This document shows, in pieces, positions 23,921 to 35,893 of a stretch of DNA of 61,787 nucleotides; within the stretch, counting starts at the first letter, position 1; every line of letters starts with the position of its first letter. Origin of the DNA: Emiliania huxleyi CCMP1516 (taxonomy: Eukaryota); the NCBI RefSeq assembly GCF_000372725.1, contig NW_005201732.1:372001-433787 (forward strand). The letters run 5' to 3'. A program made the position numbers and the translations under genes. The notes beneath the pieces were generated by a model that saw only the letters and a program-made list of their open reading frames with translations, was not told the DNA's origin and made no database searches.

Positions 23921-24108
23921 GCGGAGCCGAGCGCGGAGCCGAGCGAGCCGAGTGGAGCCGAGTGGAGCCGAGTGTGGAGCCGAGGGGAGCCGAGCGGAGC
24001 CGAGCGGAGCCGGGCGGAGCCGGGCGGAGCCGAGGGAGCGGAGCCGAGTCGGGCGAGTGGAGCCGAGCGGACAGCGGAGCCGAGCGGAGCGAGTGCGAGT
24101 GGAGCCGA
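23921..24108. repeat. Tandem 10-mer (cggagccgag)n, degenerate
   Basis: Direct inspection. Confidence 0.9.
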
Positions 24109-24455
24109 ACACGGAACAGAGCTGCCACCGGCACCAACCACCATCTCGCATCTGGCGCTTAAGACTTTAGAAACGCAAGGGAGCTCCTTCTCTTAAACTT
24201 AATTTGGCTGTGAACAAGTGAACATCTTGCTTTTTCTTAAAGTTACAGGCGGCTCGACCTTGATTTTTGTGTGCCGATTTTTCTCTCATTTTCCTTCCAT
24301 AAAGATTAAAGTACAGTGCTTCTTAGCCCCCCGGCCCTAGATGTGAGGTTACCGACTGCACTCCAAGTGCACCAAGGGCGCTATGCCTATGGACAGTGTG
24401 GCCACCGTGTTTGACCTGTGCAAGCAGCTGGTCGTGTCCCACATACCGACGCCGG

Positions 24456-25304
24456 CTATAGTCCCACGTGGGTGCGCGATCGCACGCGGTCGGCGACGAG
24501 GCGGGCCAGCTCGATCGCCACGAGGGCGGCGGCGTAGCCCCAGCCACCGATCGCGCGAAGCAGCTCGCTGCCGGCGAAGGCGCCCATCGCAGCTGCCCCT
24601 GTGAGCGTGCCCACAACGGCGGCGAGGGTGCGCGCCAGCGGCGGCGATATAGGTGCCGGGTTGCCGTCCCGGTCGACGCGCGAGGCCGCGTAGCCGCACG
24701 CCCAGCACGCGGCGTGTGCGGCGAGCATGCACGAGGCGCCGAGACAGGCGCCGCCGTTCCGGAGCATGAGGGCGGCGCCCGCCGCGTCCGCAGCGACGCG
24801 TGAGCGCACGAAGCAGGCCCAGTTCTGGCACGCGCGGAGCTTCGCCTGCGCCTGCGCTCGCGCCTCGCGCTGCGCTTCGTCCTCCGCGCCGAGGTTGTGA
24901 ACAAAGTTATCGACGAGCACCGCCGCGGGAGAGGCCTCTATCAGGTCGTCCACGGCCAGCGCGGTGGCGCGGTTGGAGGCGGCGACGTCTCGGCTAGCCG
25001 ACGGGCCAAAGTCGCACAGCAGCGCAAAGCCTGTCGCGCCGAGGACGGCGCGCTCGAACGCAACGCTGCCGCCGAGCGAGACGGCCATCAGAACGCCGGC
25101 GGCGGCACCGTAGGACAGCGCGATGGGAGTGCTCCCGCTGGCGCGTGCGCTGCCGGCGCCAGACGTTGCACCCACCCCGTCCATGCGTGGGCTCACGGCC
25201 CGGTCCATGCGCGGGCTCACGGAGAGATGGAATGCGGGAGCAGCGGCACTCCACGAGCAGACGACAGCGCAGGACGCGAGCGACAGCACATGCATGATGT
25301 ACAC
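24456..25304 (-). CDS. Hypothetical membrane protein, possibly plastid-targeted
   Basis: 282-aa ORF; signal-peptide-like start followed by AF...SPRM/SPRM (bipartite-presequence-like) and several hydrophobic helices. Confidence 0.55.
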   Translation of the reverse strand: MYIMHVLSLASCAVVCSWSAAAPAFHLSVSPRMDRAVSPRMDGVGATSGAGSARASGSTPIALSYGAAAGVLMAVSLGGSVAFERAVLGATGFALLCDFGPSASRDVAASNRATALAVDDLIEASPAAVLVDNFVHNLGAEDEAQREARAQAQAKLRACQNWACFVRSRVAADAAGAALMLRNGGACLGASCMLAAHAACWACGYAASRVDRDGNPAPISPPLARTLAAVVGTLTGAAAMGAFAGSELLRAIGGWGYAAALVAIELARLVADRVRSRTHVGL

Positions 25305-25572
25305 AATTTTTCAGGAACATGTGCCGTCGCTGCACGATCTTGGTGCGAGGGATCACTCAATCCGTCCCCTCCCCGCGTGGTCGCTACCCGACACTAGAAG
25401 AGGAGCAAGAGTTGGGGCTGCGGCTACGGCTGCGGCTGCGGGAGGGGCTATGGTCGCGGGAGAGCCGCTGCGCCGCGTGGGCGCGCCTACACCGCACTTG
25501 CTCCGCTCGCCACCTCTCGCACACAACAGCACACAACGAAGATTGCTACGATAAAAAAAAACTTACCCAGCA

Positions 25573-26304
25573 CTACCGCCGCTTGCCCGGCTTCAGCCGC
25601 ACCACCTCGTCCACGTAGCGCACGCCCTTGCCCTTGTACGCGTCGGGCGGGCGGAACCTCCGGATCTGCGCCGCCACCATCCCGACCTGCCGCTTGCGGA
25701 AGCCAAAGACGGCGATCGTGGTCTGCGTCGGGCACGAGATCTCGATGCCCGGCGGGACGGGCAGCTGCAGCTCGTTGGTGAAGCCCAGCCGCAGCACCAG
25801 CGTCTCGACCGGGTACAGGGCGCCGTCCGCCTTTTCGATCCGCGCGCGGAAGCCGACGCCCTGCAGCTCGAGGTCCTTGCGGAAGCCCTGCGAGACGCCG
25901 CGCACGGCGTTGGCGATGTACGACTTTGTCGTCCCCCACATCGTCTTGCCCAGCCGTGTCGTGCCGCCGCACTTTGCGCTGACTTGCAGCGTCTCGGCGT
26001 CCGGCTGCGCCACGTCCACGAACGAGTGCACCGGGACGGCGATCTCGCCCAGGGGGCCGTTCACGACCACGCGGTGCGGCGTGCCGAACGCCTGGAACGA
26101 GTCTTTGTCTGGCCGCCGCTTCATCATCTGCCGCAGCCGGTGCGCAGTCGGCGGCTTGATCGGGTGCAGCGAGCCGGCCGCGTACGGCTCGACCCGGACG
26201 CTGACCGCCTCGGGCAGCTTGACCGGGACGCGCCCGATCCTCGACATGCAGCGGACGCGGCCGTGCGACAGCCCGAGGGCCCCGCGCGCGGAGCGGAGCA
26301 GCAT
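25573..26304 (-). CDS. rpl6: Mitochondrial ribosomal protein uL6, nucleus-encoded, intronless
   Basis: Arg-rich presequence, then MSRIGRVPV...VNGPLG...WGTTKSYIANAVRGVSQGF...LQGVGFRA...RPPDAYKGKGVRY..E.V.LKPGK. Confidence 0.93.
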   Translation of the reverse strand: MLLRSARGALGLSHGRVRCMSRIGRVPVKLPEAVSVRVEPYAAGSLHPIKPPTAHRLRQMMKRRPDKDSFQAFGTPHRVVVNGPLGEIAVPVHSFVDVAQPDAETLQVSAKCGGTTRLGKTMWGTTKSYIANAVRGVSQGFRKDLELQGVGFRARIEKADGALYPVETLVLRLGFTNELQLPVPPGIEISCPTQTTIAVFGFRKRQVGMVAAQIRRFRPPDAYKGKGVRYVDEVVRLKPGKRR

Positions 26305-26469
26305 GGTGCCGCGCACAGGCGTCGGAACGCGACGAGAGACTCCCTCGGCGCCGAGAAGAGTGCAGAAAGAATTTTCACACGCCGCGTGTGCACCTTGCTC
26401 ATCGGCGACGGCTAGCGCATCACACTCCTCTCCTTAAAATCCCTGTGTGGTGGCGGCGTGCCGTACTCC

Positions 26470-26856
26470 CATCCCTCTCTTGGGTTGTCTGTTTTCTTTC
26501 TTTCTTTCTTTTCATCCATGGCAAGCAGTGGGCGTCAGAAGACTCGTCCTTGCTCGAGGAGAGCTCGATAGACTCGAGGGGCCAGGATATGCAGCAAGGA
26601 GGGCAGAGCTGCGCCGAGCAGCGAGAGCAAGGGAGCGGCAGGCGGCGGCGCCGTCGCAGGACGAGGCAGAGGAGAGCGACGCGACAGAGGAAGAAGCGAC
26701 AAGGGAGACCACGACGAGAAGGGGGCGACCGCGAGGTGGCACGAAGGTTGAAGCGAGAAAGAGAATTTTGCTCTGCACAGTGCTCCCCATGTGTTCTCGA
26801 GGCGTGCCGTCCTCCCATCCCTCCCTTGGGTTGTCTGTTTTCTTTCTTTCTTTCTG
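26470..26856 (+). repeat. Short direct repeats (ccatccctcycttgggttgtctgttttctttctttcttt) at ~26470 and ~26815; third related copy at ~55158
   Basis: Direct inspection. Confidence 0.75.
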
Positions 26857-26940
26857 TGTTCTCGAGGTTCTCGAGGTGGATATCCTTTGGCCGCGTTGGG
26901 TAGCGAATGTGTGTGTGTCGTGCCAGTGTCTGGTGTCTGC

Positions 26941-27196
26941 TAGCTCCGAGTAGAGGGGGCGTTCCGCTGCTAGGGGAAACCCGGAGCGCGGTACTAGCCG
27001 CCTCGCGCCTCCGGTGACCCGTGATTATTTACTTTATGGCCCCTTCCCTGCGAACGTGCACCCCCCAGGGCTAGGGCTTTCTTGCCCGCAACCCGATGCC
27101 AATCATCCGGCCCGCTGGGTGCGCTTCTCAGCTCCCCCAGCCCTGGGTGTGCGGTTGATAACTGCACTGAGGACTCCAAGTGCTCCAAGTTGCTCC
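26941..27196 (+). repeat. Dispersed repeat family B copy
   Basis: Matches 5818-6020 and, inverted, 19407-19510. Confidence 0.85.
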
Positions 27197-27439
27197 TCTC
27201 ACGACACTGGGAAAGATGATTGCCTTCCTAACTTCGAGCGGATAGAATTTGCCACAGGCTCAGGAAGAGAGGTTTCCCAGTCGTGCGAGGAAAGAGAATT
27301 CAACCATGGCGGGGTCTCTCTCACCGACACAGGTTCGAAAAAGGTACCAAAACTATCTAAAACTCCCAAAAAGGAGCACAGCGAGGAAAGAGATTTTAGG
27401 GATCGAAAGAGAAGCGGCCGTGATAATACGCCCACCTAA

Positions 27440-27561
<122 letters not shown>

Positions 27562-28124
27562 ACAAGTGATCGGCAGCGTCGGTGGGAATATAGGGTACCG
27601 GTAGAGAGGCCGGGGGCCCGTCCACGCCCCCCCCGGGGGCAACTATAGGCGACACCGGCACCCCCCACTGTGGTGTCGAATGTAAGAGGCCGTCTGCGGC
27701 TTGCTTGTTCTTGGCTTCCTATATAGGGATGCTTTCACGGGCGGGAGTGAACCAGCGCGGAGTGACAAGCCATGGACAAGCCGAGAGAAAAGAAGAAGCG
27801 CGCCCGTGTTAGCGCGAGCGAGAGGGTTTCACAGTCGAAGTGTGGCGTCGGAGACTCCGAAAATCAGAGCAAGCCCCCGCGCCTTCCTCAGAGAGAGAGT
27901 TTGTGTTGTTCCTCAGTACAGAGCTCAGACCTCAGTGAGGCTTCACCGTCAGGCTCCAGGCCACCAGACAACCAAAACAAACCGTTCATGTACCGTTGGC
28001 ACCGAACGATTGCCAACATGCAGGCGCTAGCCCGCGATATCGCGGAGTGCGGAGACACCGTCGGAGACGACGCGATAGACGTGGATCAAGGAACGACGAG
28101 ACGACAAGACAAAGACGGACGTCA

Positions 28125-28430
28125 CGCACGCCCCCGCACGCCCCCCGCACGCCCCGCGCACGCCCCGCGCACGCCCCGCGCACGCCCCGCGCACGCCCCG
28201 CGCACGCCCCGCGCACGCCCCGCGCACGCCCCGCGCACGCCCCGCGCACGCCCCGCGCACGCCCCGCGCACGCCCCGCGCACGCCCCGCGCACGCCCCGC
28301 GCACGCCCCGCGCACGCCCCGCGCACGCCCCGCGCACGCCCCGCGCACGCCCCGCGCACGCCCCGCGCACGCCCCGCGCACGCCCCGCGCACGCCCCGCG
28401 CACGCCCCGCGCACGCCCCGCGCACGCCCC
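28125..28430. repeat. Tandem 11-mer (gcacgccccgc)n, followed by three 16-mers (ttccctcacrctcaga) at ~28450-28500
   Basis: Direct inspection. Confidence 0.97.
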
Positions 28431-29069
28431 ACTACGCGGCACTGCCCAGGTTCCCTCACGCTCAGATTCCCTCACACTCAGATTCCCTCACGCTCAGATT
28501 CCGTGCAAGGGGGTGCCGAGGTATGCCGCAGGCCGGGATGGAGTGAGATCTTGCGGGGCAGGGCGTGGGCTAGTGCGCGAGGGCGCAGGCAAGTGCCCGA
28601 GGGCATGGGGGTGGGCGCCACCCTGGGGCTACCCGTAGCATTGTCGGCTCAGTGATGGGTATCCTAAGCAGATCAAGCTTCGAGGCAGACGACATGGCCG
28701 GCTCGCTCAAGGGGATGGACCAGAAAGGATCCATGGTGCTATGTATGACCCAATTAATTGGTACGCTCAATGCCAGCTCATGAGCTCAATGCGCGCCTAC
28801 TTGTGTTGGTTGGTGTTGGTGTGTTGGAGAGAGTTTGTGTTGTTGTGTTGGTGGCGTCGCCCGCCACTGCAGCCATGGATGATGCGTGTGGTTGGTGGAC
28901 GAACGAACGAACGACAAACAACAAAGGAAGAGGCGCTCGCTCGCCGACGCCGCCCCACATACACCGTCCGGTCCGTGTTACTCGAGTAGCACATTGGCGC
29001 AGATTTCTCACCCTGGCTCAACGCCGTTTGTTGTGCCGGTGATTGCCCTTGTTGGGCGCAGCCGCCGCG

Positions 29070-32000
29070 ATGCGGTCCGCCCTGCTGCGGTCGCGTGGCC
29101 TGCTGCCCGGGCTGGCCTCGTCCGGCGCCAGCCGTCTGCGGAGCGCCATGGCGACGCCCAAGCTGCGGCTCGAGCCTCAGCTCGAGGCGGTGCTCTCTCG
29201 CTTCCGCGCCTCGACCAAAGGAGACGGCAGGCCAAAGGAGGAGGTGTCATCGCGGCTGGTGGAGGAGTTCGAGCGGCTGCAGAGCCGCAAGGTGCAGCGG
29301 GTCCTCCTCGTCTGCTCCGACTACGACTCGTACACCTTCGAGCAGGACGGGCTGCTCACGGAGCTGGTTGACGAGGAGTACGCCGAGAGCGGGCTGACCA
29401 AGCCGCCGACGATCGAGCGCGTCTCGACGCCGGAGGCGGCGCTCGCGCGGGTGCGCGCCGACCCGACCAACTTCGACATGATCATCACGCTCCTCCGCAG
29501 CGAGGGCCGCACGATGAACACGGGCGAGTTCGTCTCGTCGGTGCAGCAAGTCAACCCGGCGCTGCCGATCGGGCTGCTCGCGCTCTCGCCGTCGGAGCTG
29601 ACGGCGATCGACTCGCGCATCGACCGCAACCTGCGCATCAACGTCAACAAGCGCCTCATGTGGGAGACTGGCGACGCCGCCCTCAAGGCGGGCACGGCGG
29701 CCGTCGACAGCCGCGCAGGCAGCTCCGCGCGCGTCGCAGACGCTTGGGTGTGGCCCTTTGTCTGGCAAGGGAACGTGTCGCTCTTCACCGCGATGTTCAA
29801 GGCGGTGGAGGACCGGCTCAACGCGGCCAACGACTCGGAGTACGGCGTCCAGTCCATCCTGCTCGTCGAGGACAACGTCAAGTTTTACAGTGCGAGAGCC
29901 TGCGAGACACCTCCGAGACACCTCCGAGACACCTCCGAGATACCTCCGAGATACCTCCGAGACACCTCCGAGTCACCTCCTCGTCGAGGACAACTCTCCC
30001 ACTGCGCGCAACAGCGCGGCGAGACAGCGCCGCTCGCCCCGCCCGCCACGCCCGCCATCGCCGCAGCGCGCCGCCGCCGTCGGGACCGCCCCGAGAGCAA
30101 GCCATCTAGAGCAAGCCCTCTTCCCCGCGCCTTGAGGCTCGTACCTGCCCACCCTCTACCTCGAGCTCTGGAAGCAGAACCAGTCGCTGCGCGGCGAGAC
30201 GATGACCCTCCGCGAGCGCATGCTCCGGATGAAGTCGCGTCCAAAGGCGAGATGCGGCCGAGATGCGGCCGAGATGCGGCCGAGATGCGGCCGAGATGCG
30301 GGCGCCGCTGCAGCGCCTCCGGCATGCCCTCGCCCCGGCAGGTGCTGCTCTGCACAAACTTCGAGGAGGCTGCCGACATCTACTCGCGCTACTCGGACAA
30401 CATCATCGGACTCATCACCGACGCTGGCAGCCCAGCCCGCCTGGCCCAGCCATGCCTGCCCAGCCCGCCTGCGCCCGCCTGGCCCAGCCCCGCCGCCCGG
30501 TGCGTGCAGGGGTGAGCGCGGTAGACCTCCCCCCCCCTACCCCCCCTCCGGCCCGCCCTCTCGCAGGCTTCCCGCGCGACGGCGAGCACGACCCCTTCGC
30601 CGGAGTCAGCTTCGCAGAGCATGTCCTCTCCGACCGGCGCCTGCCCCGCCCCCCCGCACGGCGGCTCCGTCGTTGTCTCTGCGGCCTCTTCCCTGGGCTC
30701 TGTCTGCGTCCCTGTGCCGCAGCCTGTCCCGGCCGCGCGAGGGCAACCGTCACCCCGAGCCGTCTGGTCGAACGNNNNNNNNNNNNNNNNNNNNNNNNNN
30801 NNNNNNNNNNNNNNNNNNNNNNNNNNNNNNNNNNNNNNNNNNNNNNNNNNNNNNNNNNNNNNNNNNNNNNNNNNACTTCCACAAAGATTAGAAAGCTCGC
30901 ACAGGCGGCTGCGCCGCCGCCACCACCTCGGCCATGCCTCGGCTGCGCCGCCGCCACCACCTCGGCCATGCCTCGGCTGCGCCGCCGCCACCACCTCGGC
31001 CATGCCTCGGCTGCGCCGCCGCCACCACCTCGGCCATGCCTCGGCTGCGCCGCCGCCACCATCTCGGTCATGCCTCGGCTGCGTCGCCGCTGTAGCTCGG
31101 CTATCTCTCGGCTGCACCGCGGCTGCGGTAGTCGCGCAGGCGGCGCGCCGCGTGGGCGCCAAGTTCACCTCCAAGAACCAGCCGTCGCTCCTCTCCGAGA
31201 TCCGCCACTTCCTGACGGAGGCACACGCCGCCTGGCCCGCTCGGCCGCGCAGAGCCCGGAGCCTGCCCGGAGCGTTTTAGCCGTCCCCCCCCCCCCCCCC
31301 TGCAGGACATGATGTTTGGGCCGCTCACCTTCCAGGACGGGCTGACGGGCAGCGAGCTCGGGTCCGTCTCGTCGGCGACCCAACGCCGCCTTCCAGCCGG
31401 AAGAGGCTTGGAGCCGTCCTGGCGACGGCGGCGGGTCCCCCGAGTAGGTCACCGAGCTGCTCTCAACGTGGCAGAGCCTGCCCGAGAGCGCCGTCGCCTT
31501 TCACGCGCGCGAGCGCCACCTCTCCAAGCAACTCCTCGACACCCCCGCGACACTTCCGCGACACTTCCTGTAGGCGCGCGAGTGCCACCTCTCCAAGTGG
31601 TTCCTCGCGCGCGCCGAGTTCTCGCTCGCGCGGCGCTTCCGCGCGTCAAACTACCCGACCGACTTCATCGACCCCGAGGGGCGCGAGCGCGCCGACTGGC
31701 TGCGCAACTGGATCCTCTCCGAGACGCGCGCGCACCGCAACAAGCTCGCGTCGGGCGTCGAGAACGCGCGCGCGGCCGACCCGCCACGCAGGAAGGGCCA
31801 CGAGCACTCGCAGGCGACGTGCGGCGAGCTTCTGGTAGGTGCACTCGGCCGACGCGAGTACGACGATCGTGCGGCTCGGCAAGGGCTCGCTCGGCGGCAA
31901 GGGGCGCGGCTTCCGTTTCCTCCACTCGATCGAGGACAAGTACTCTCTGTCGACGCTGCTGCCTGAGCTCGAGATGGTGGTCCCTCGCTCCTTCATCCTC

Positions 32001-34029
32001 GCGACCGAGGTCTTCGACCGCTTCATCGAGGACAACAAGCTCATGGTGCCCGCCCTCAACGCGACGACCAACGAGGAGGTGCGCGAGATGTTCGCCGCCG
32101 CGACGCTGCCGCAGGACGTCACCGTCGAGCTGCGCCGCTACCTGGAGGCGCAGACCAGCCCGCTCGCCGTCCGTTCGTCGTCCCTCTTCGAGGACGCGTT
32201 TCTGCAGCCCTTCGCCGGCATCTACGAGTCCATCATGCTGCCGAACACGGCGGGCTCGCTCGAGGCGCGGCTCGACGAGCTCTCTTGGGCGGTGCGGATG
32301 GTGTATGCGTCCGCCTACTGCCTCGAGGCGCGCGCCTACTCGGAGGGGACCGGCAACCGCGCCGAGGAGGAGAAGATGGCGGTCATCATGCAGGAGGTGG
32401 TGGGCGACGTGCACGGCGACCACTTCTACCCCTCCCTCGCCGGCGTCGCGAACTCGATCGACTTTTACCCGCGGCCGCACACGCAGCCCGAGGACGGCTG
32501 CGCGCAGCTGCGGCTCGGGCTCGGCTTCGGCGTCGTCGACAACCTTCCGTCCGTCCACCTCTCGCTCGGCGACCCGGCCAACCCGACCGGCTACGCCGAG
32601 GGGGAGATGCAAGTCTCGGCCCTCAACCTCGCCGCCCGGCCGGGCGCCGCCGCCGGCGAGGACTCGCTGCTCGTGTCGCTGCCCGCCGAGAGCGGCGCCG
32701 CCGCCGCGGCTCTCACGACGGTGCCGCGCCTGAGCGCGGGCTCGGTCGTGGCCGCGCCGGAGGCCGCGTCCTCGGTGCCGCTCTCGCACGACGTCCACGG
32801 CGAGCGGGTGGTCTTCAAGCAGGGCTACGGCGAGGAGCGGCGCGGCGAGGCGCCGCCGCCGCCCGACGAGTCGGCCGTGGTGCTCCCTCTGCAGCGAGCC
32901 CTCTCCGGGGAGGTGCCTCTGGCGAGCGCCCTCGCCTTCCTGCTGCGGCTCGGCTCGGCCGGCCTCGGCTGCCCCGTCGAGATCGAGTTTGCGCTCCGGC
33001 TGCGCAAGGACGCCGGCAGCCGGCACCAGCTGCACGTGCTGCAGATGCGGCCGCAGGCGGGACTCTCGCCCAAGCGCGCGAGACGGGCCGCCCCGCCTGC
33101 ACCTCCTCCGAGCCCGCTCCGGAGCCTCTCTGTAGGCGGACCTCTCGTCCAATAACACGGCGCGTGCGCTCCGCTTCCGCTACCTCCCGACGAGCGACTA
33201 CGCCGCCATGGCATCCAAGCTCACGCGCTCGGCCTCTCACCGTGCGAGTCCCTTCGCCGAACCCGTTCGACACCTTTCCTCCTAGGCCTCGAAGCACGCG
33301 CTCGGCCACGGCCGCTTCGAGCAGATCCGCGACGTGGTCTTTGTGCCGCCGGGCCGCTTCTCGCCCGAGAACACGACCGCCATCGCCGCCGAGATTAGCG
33401 CTATCAACGCGCAGCTGCGCGCCGAGGGGAGGAAGTGCTTGCTGATCGCGCCGGGGCGGTGGGGCTCCGCCGACACGGCGCGCGGCATCCCGGTGGGCTG
33501 GGCAGACATCGACGCCTCGACTTTCATCGTCGAGACGACCGTGCCCGGCAGCGCAAAGGCGCGGCCGCCGTGCGTGGCCTCTTCTCCTCAGGCACGTCGG
33601 CCACACCCGCCCGCCGCCCGCCCGCAGGTGCCGCTCTCGCAGGGGTCGCACTTCTTCCAGAACCTCCTCTCCTTCGGGCACGGCTACGCCACGGTCGAGG
33701 AGGGCTCCGACGAGTACGCCGACTACGACTATTGGGAGCGCCTCCCTGCAGAGGCGGGGTCCGGCGAGTTTGCGCGGCACGTCCGGCTGCCCGAGCCGCT
33801 CGAGGCGCGCTCACCGCGGGCGCTTCCGACACTCCCCGACACACAGTGGTGGGGACGAGCTCTCGACGCGAGAGGAGTGCCTCTTCACAGCCGCAGCTAT
33901 GAACAGGTGGTGGTGGACGGCATGTCGCGCCGCGGCGTCGTGATGAAGCCGGGCAAGCCGTTCGAGGTGTACATTGCGCAAGTGGACGCATTCATGGCCA
34001 TCCAGGAGCAGGCCAGCGGCAGCATGTAG
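29070..34029 (+). CDS. Bacterial-type receiver-like + PPDK_N ('PEP synthase/PEP-pyruvate-binding domain') protein, multi-exon, putative mitochondrial presequence; spans a gap
   Basis: VLLVCSDYDSYTFEQDG, ILLVEDNVKFY, LRMKSRPK, GSLGGKGRG, PLAVRSSSLFED..QPFAGIY, EEKMAVIMQEVVG, PVEIEFA, LQMRP, APGRWGS, SQGSHFFQNLLSFG. Confidence 0.85.
29905..29975. repeat. Intronic tandem 11-mer (cacctccgaga)n
   Basis: Direct inspection. Confidence 0.9.
30248..30300. repeat. Intronic tandem 11-mer (gagatgcggcc)n
   Basis: Direct inspection. Confidence 0.9.
30775..30874. other. Assembly gap (100 N)
   Basis: Run of N. Confidence 1.
30905..31082. repeat. Intronic 34-bp minisatellite (ggctgcgccgccgccaccacctcggccatgcctc), about 5 copies
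   Basis: Direct inspection. Confidence 0.9.
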
Positions 34030-34754
34030 AGGGTTGCCGCTTCCTTTCGCTTCGGTCTCCCCGCGACGAGGGCCGCCCTTTTGTGGCGGAGCGCCCTGCT
34101 TTTGTACTGTACCCTCAGCTCTCTTGCTTCGCCACTCGCGCCCCGCCCGCGACCCGCGCCGACTTGGCTGGGCGCGCTCAAGTCTCGCCCGGTGCTACGC
34201 GCTGGTCGTTCTTCCTGCCAGTTCCGTCGGATTCGGTCGGATGTCCTGTGGTATGACGTATGTCGTATCTCGCGGCGCGGCCTGGGCGAGCTACTAGCTA
34301 CTAGACCCTGCGGCAGCGCCTGCGCACCTCTAGCTAGACCCCCCCCCCCGCCGGCCGAGCGTTGCCGCTCTAAACGACTTGCTCATAAGTCATACAAACG
34401 TGTTTGGACTTTGATTATTGAAGAACGAAAAGAGCTTGCGCCGTGGGTCCCATGTGAGAAGAACATATGTCACCGCCAATCCGCGGGCCGGCTCTACTAC
34501 CTCTCACCTGCAGTAGCGGCTCGCCCCGGCACGCGGCAGGCCGCGGCTCCGGCGCTCCGCCGCGCCCTCCGGAAGCTCCGCTCTCCTCTGTATATAGCGC
34601 CTCAGGGGTCTAGCGCCTCACCTCATCGCAGTGTGCTCAGTAGCCCACCCGTCACAACCCCCCGCATGCAATGGCAGTGCTTACGGTGCTCATTGATGAG
34701 CACGTGCCGAGGTGAAGGCGCGCCGCCAACGCGCCAACCACGCGCGCTGGCCCC

Positions 34755-35893
34755 TCAGATCCGAATTAGGGCCTCGTTCCTCCTGCAAGAGGCCATGGCC
34801 GCGGGCTTCCAGGCGCGCGGACTCGAGTTCGATGAGATCGACGTGATGCTCGGCTCTTTGGAGGCCGCCGCCGGTGGCGTCGGTGCGAGGACCTCGCTCC
34901 ACTCGTTGGTGGCAGCGACTGCGTGCACTGCGATGCTCGAGCAGCGGCTGAAGGATGGCTTGCGCTCCAGCTTTGCAGGCGAGGCCCCAATGGCGGTTTT
35001 GCTGTGGCTTCGAATCACCGCCTCGTGAAAGGTGACCAGCTGCGCCACCGGTGGCGTCGCCAGGGGCGCGTACACCTCGGTCGGGGATGGCTCATCCTCG
35101 AGGGCGTCCACCGATTGCTTGCCCCAAATCAGCTGCGTGCTGGCGCCGGCGGCGGCGCCACAAGTCGGCCGCTCGGCCGCGCCGTTAGCGACCGCCGGCT
35201 GCCCAGCGAGCCCGACGTCCCCGTCGCCGTCGAGGTCGATGTTTGTCACCCACTCGACAGCGTTGACCACCCTCTCCAAAAAGCTCTGCTGCTCCGCCTC
35301 AGCCTCGCCCGCTGCGTCGGACGCCCCCGACGTCGCCTCCGACGTCGCCTCCGACGTCGCCTCCGACGTCGCCTCCGACGTCGCCTCCTCCGGCCGCCCA
35401 GCGAGCCCAACGTCGCCGTCGCCGTCCAAGTCGATGTTTGTCACCCACTCGACAGCGTTGACCACCTGCTCGACGATCGCGCACGACTCAGGCTCGTCTG
35501 CAGCCGCTTTGGGGTCGTCGCCCTCCGCCTCGACATCTGCCGCCGCCTCTGCTTCCGGGACGCACTCCTCTTCAGTGCGCTCCTCGCAAGCAGCTTCGGA
35601 ACCGCTCGCCTCGGAGTCGCACGTCTCAGCGCCATTGCACTCCTTTGTGGCCGGCTCGGAGTCCTCCTCGCACCGCGAGGCAGCAGCTGCCGCAGCTTGT
35701 GCTGCTGCGCGGCGCTCGCCCATCGACTTGTGGAGGCTGCGGTGCGAATGAGACAGCTTCTCGAACACCGCAAGATAAAGCTGCGCGCGTCCGCACGCGT
35801 CTGAGGGCAAGGGGAGGAAAGGCCGTGTCGTCTCGCGTGCGGGTGCCCGAAGGGGGGGGTCTACTAACGATGGCTCCGCCCGCGCGCCTTCAT
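34755..35893 (-). CDS. Acidic Glu/Ala-rich protein with two VVNAVEWVTNIDLDGDGDVGLAG repeats (DxDxDG Ca-binding-like loops)
   Basis: ORF 34755-35810 plus a probable first exon MKARGRSH starting at 35893 with a GT-AG intron; EATS repeats from a 12-bp tandem; 3' end uncertain. Confidence 0.6.

Noticed and set aside
27772..28655. Long ORFs with PAHAPRTPRAR repeats
   Set aside because: Stop-free translation of an 11-bp tandem repeat
31665..33158. Long antisense ORFs opposite real genes (also 39484-41478, 44746-46550, 49941-51128)
   Set aside because: Shadow frames expected from very high GC3 codon usage
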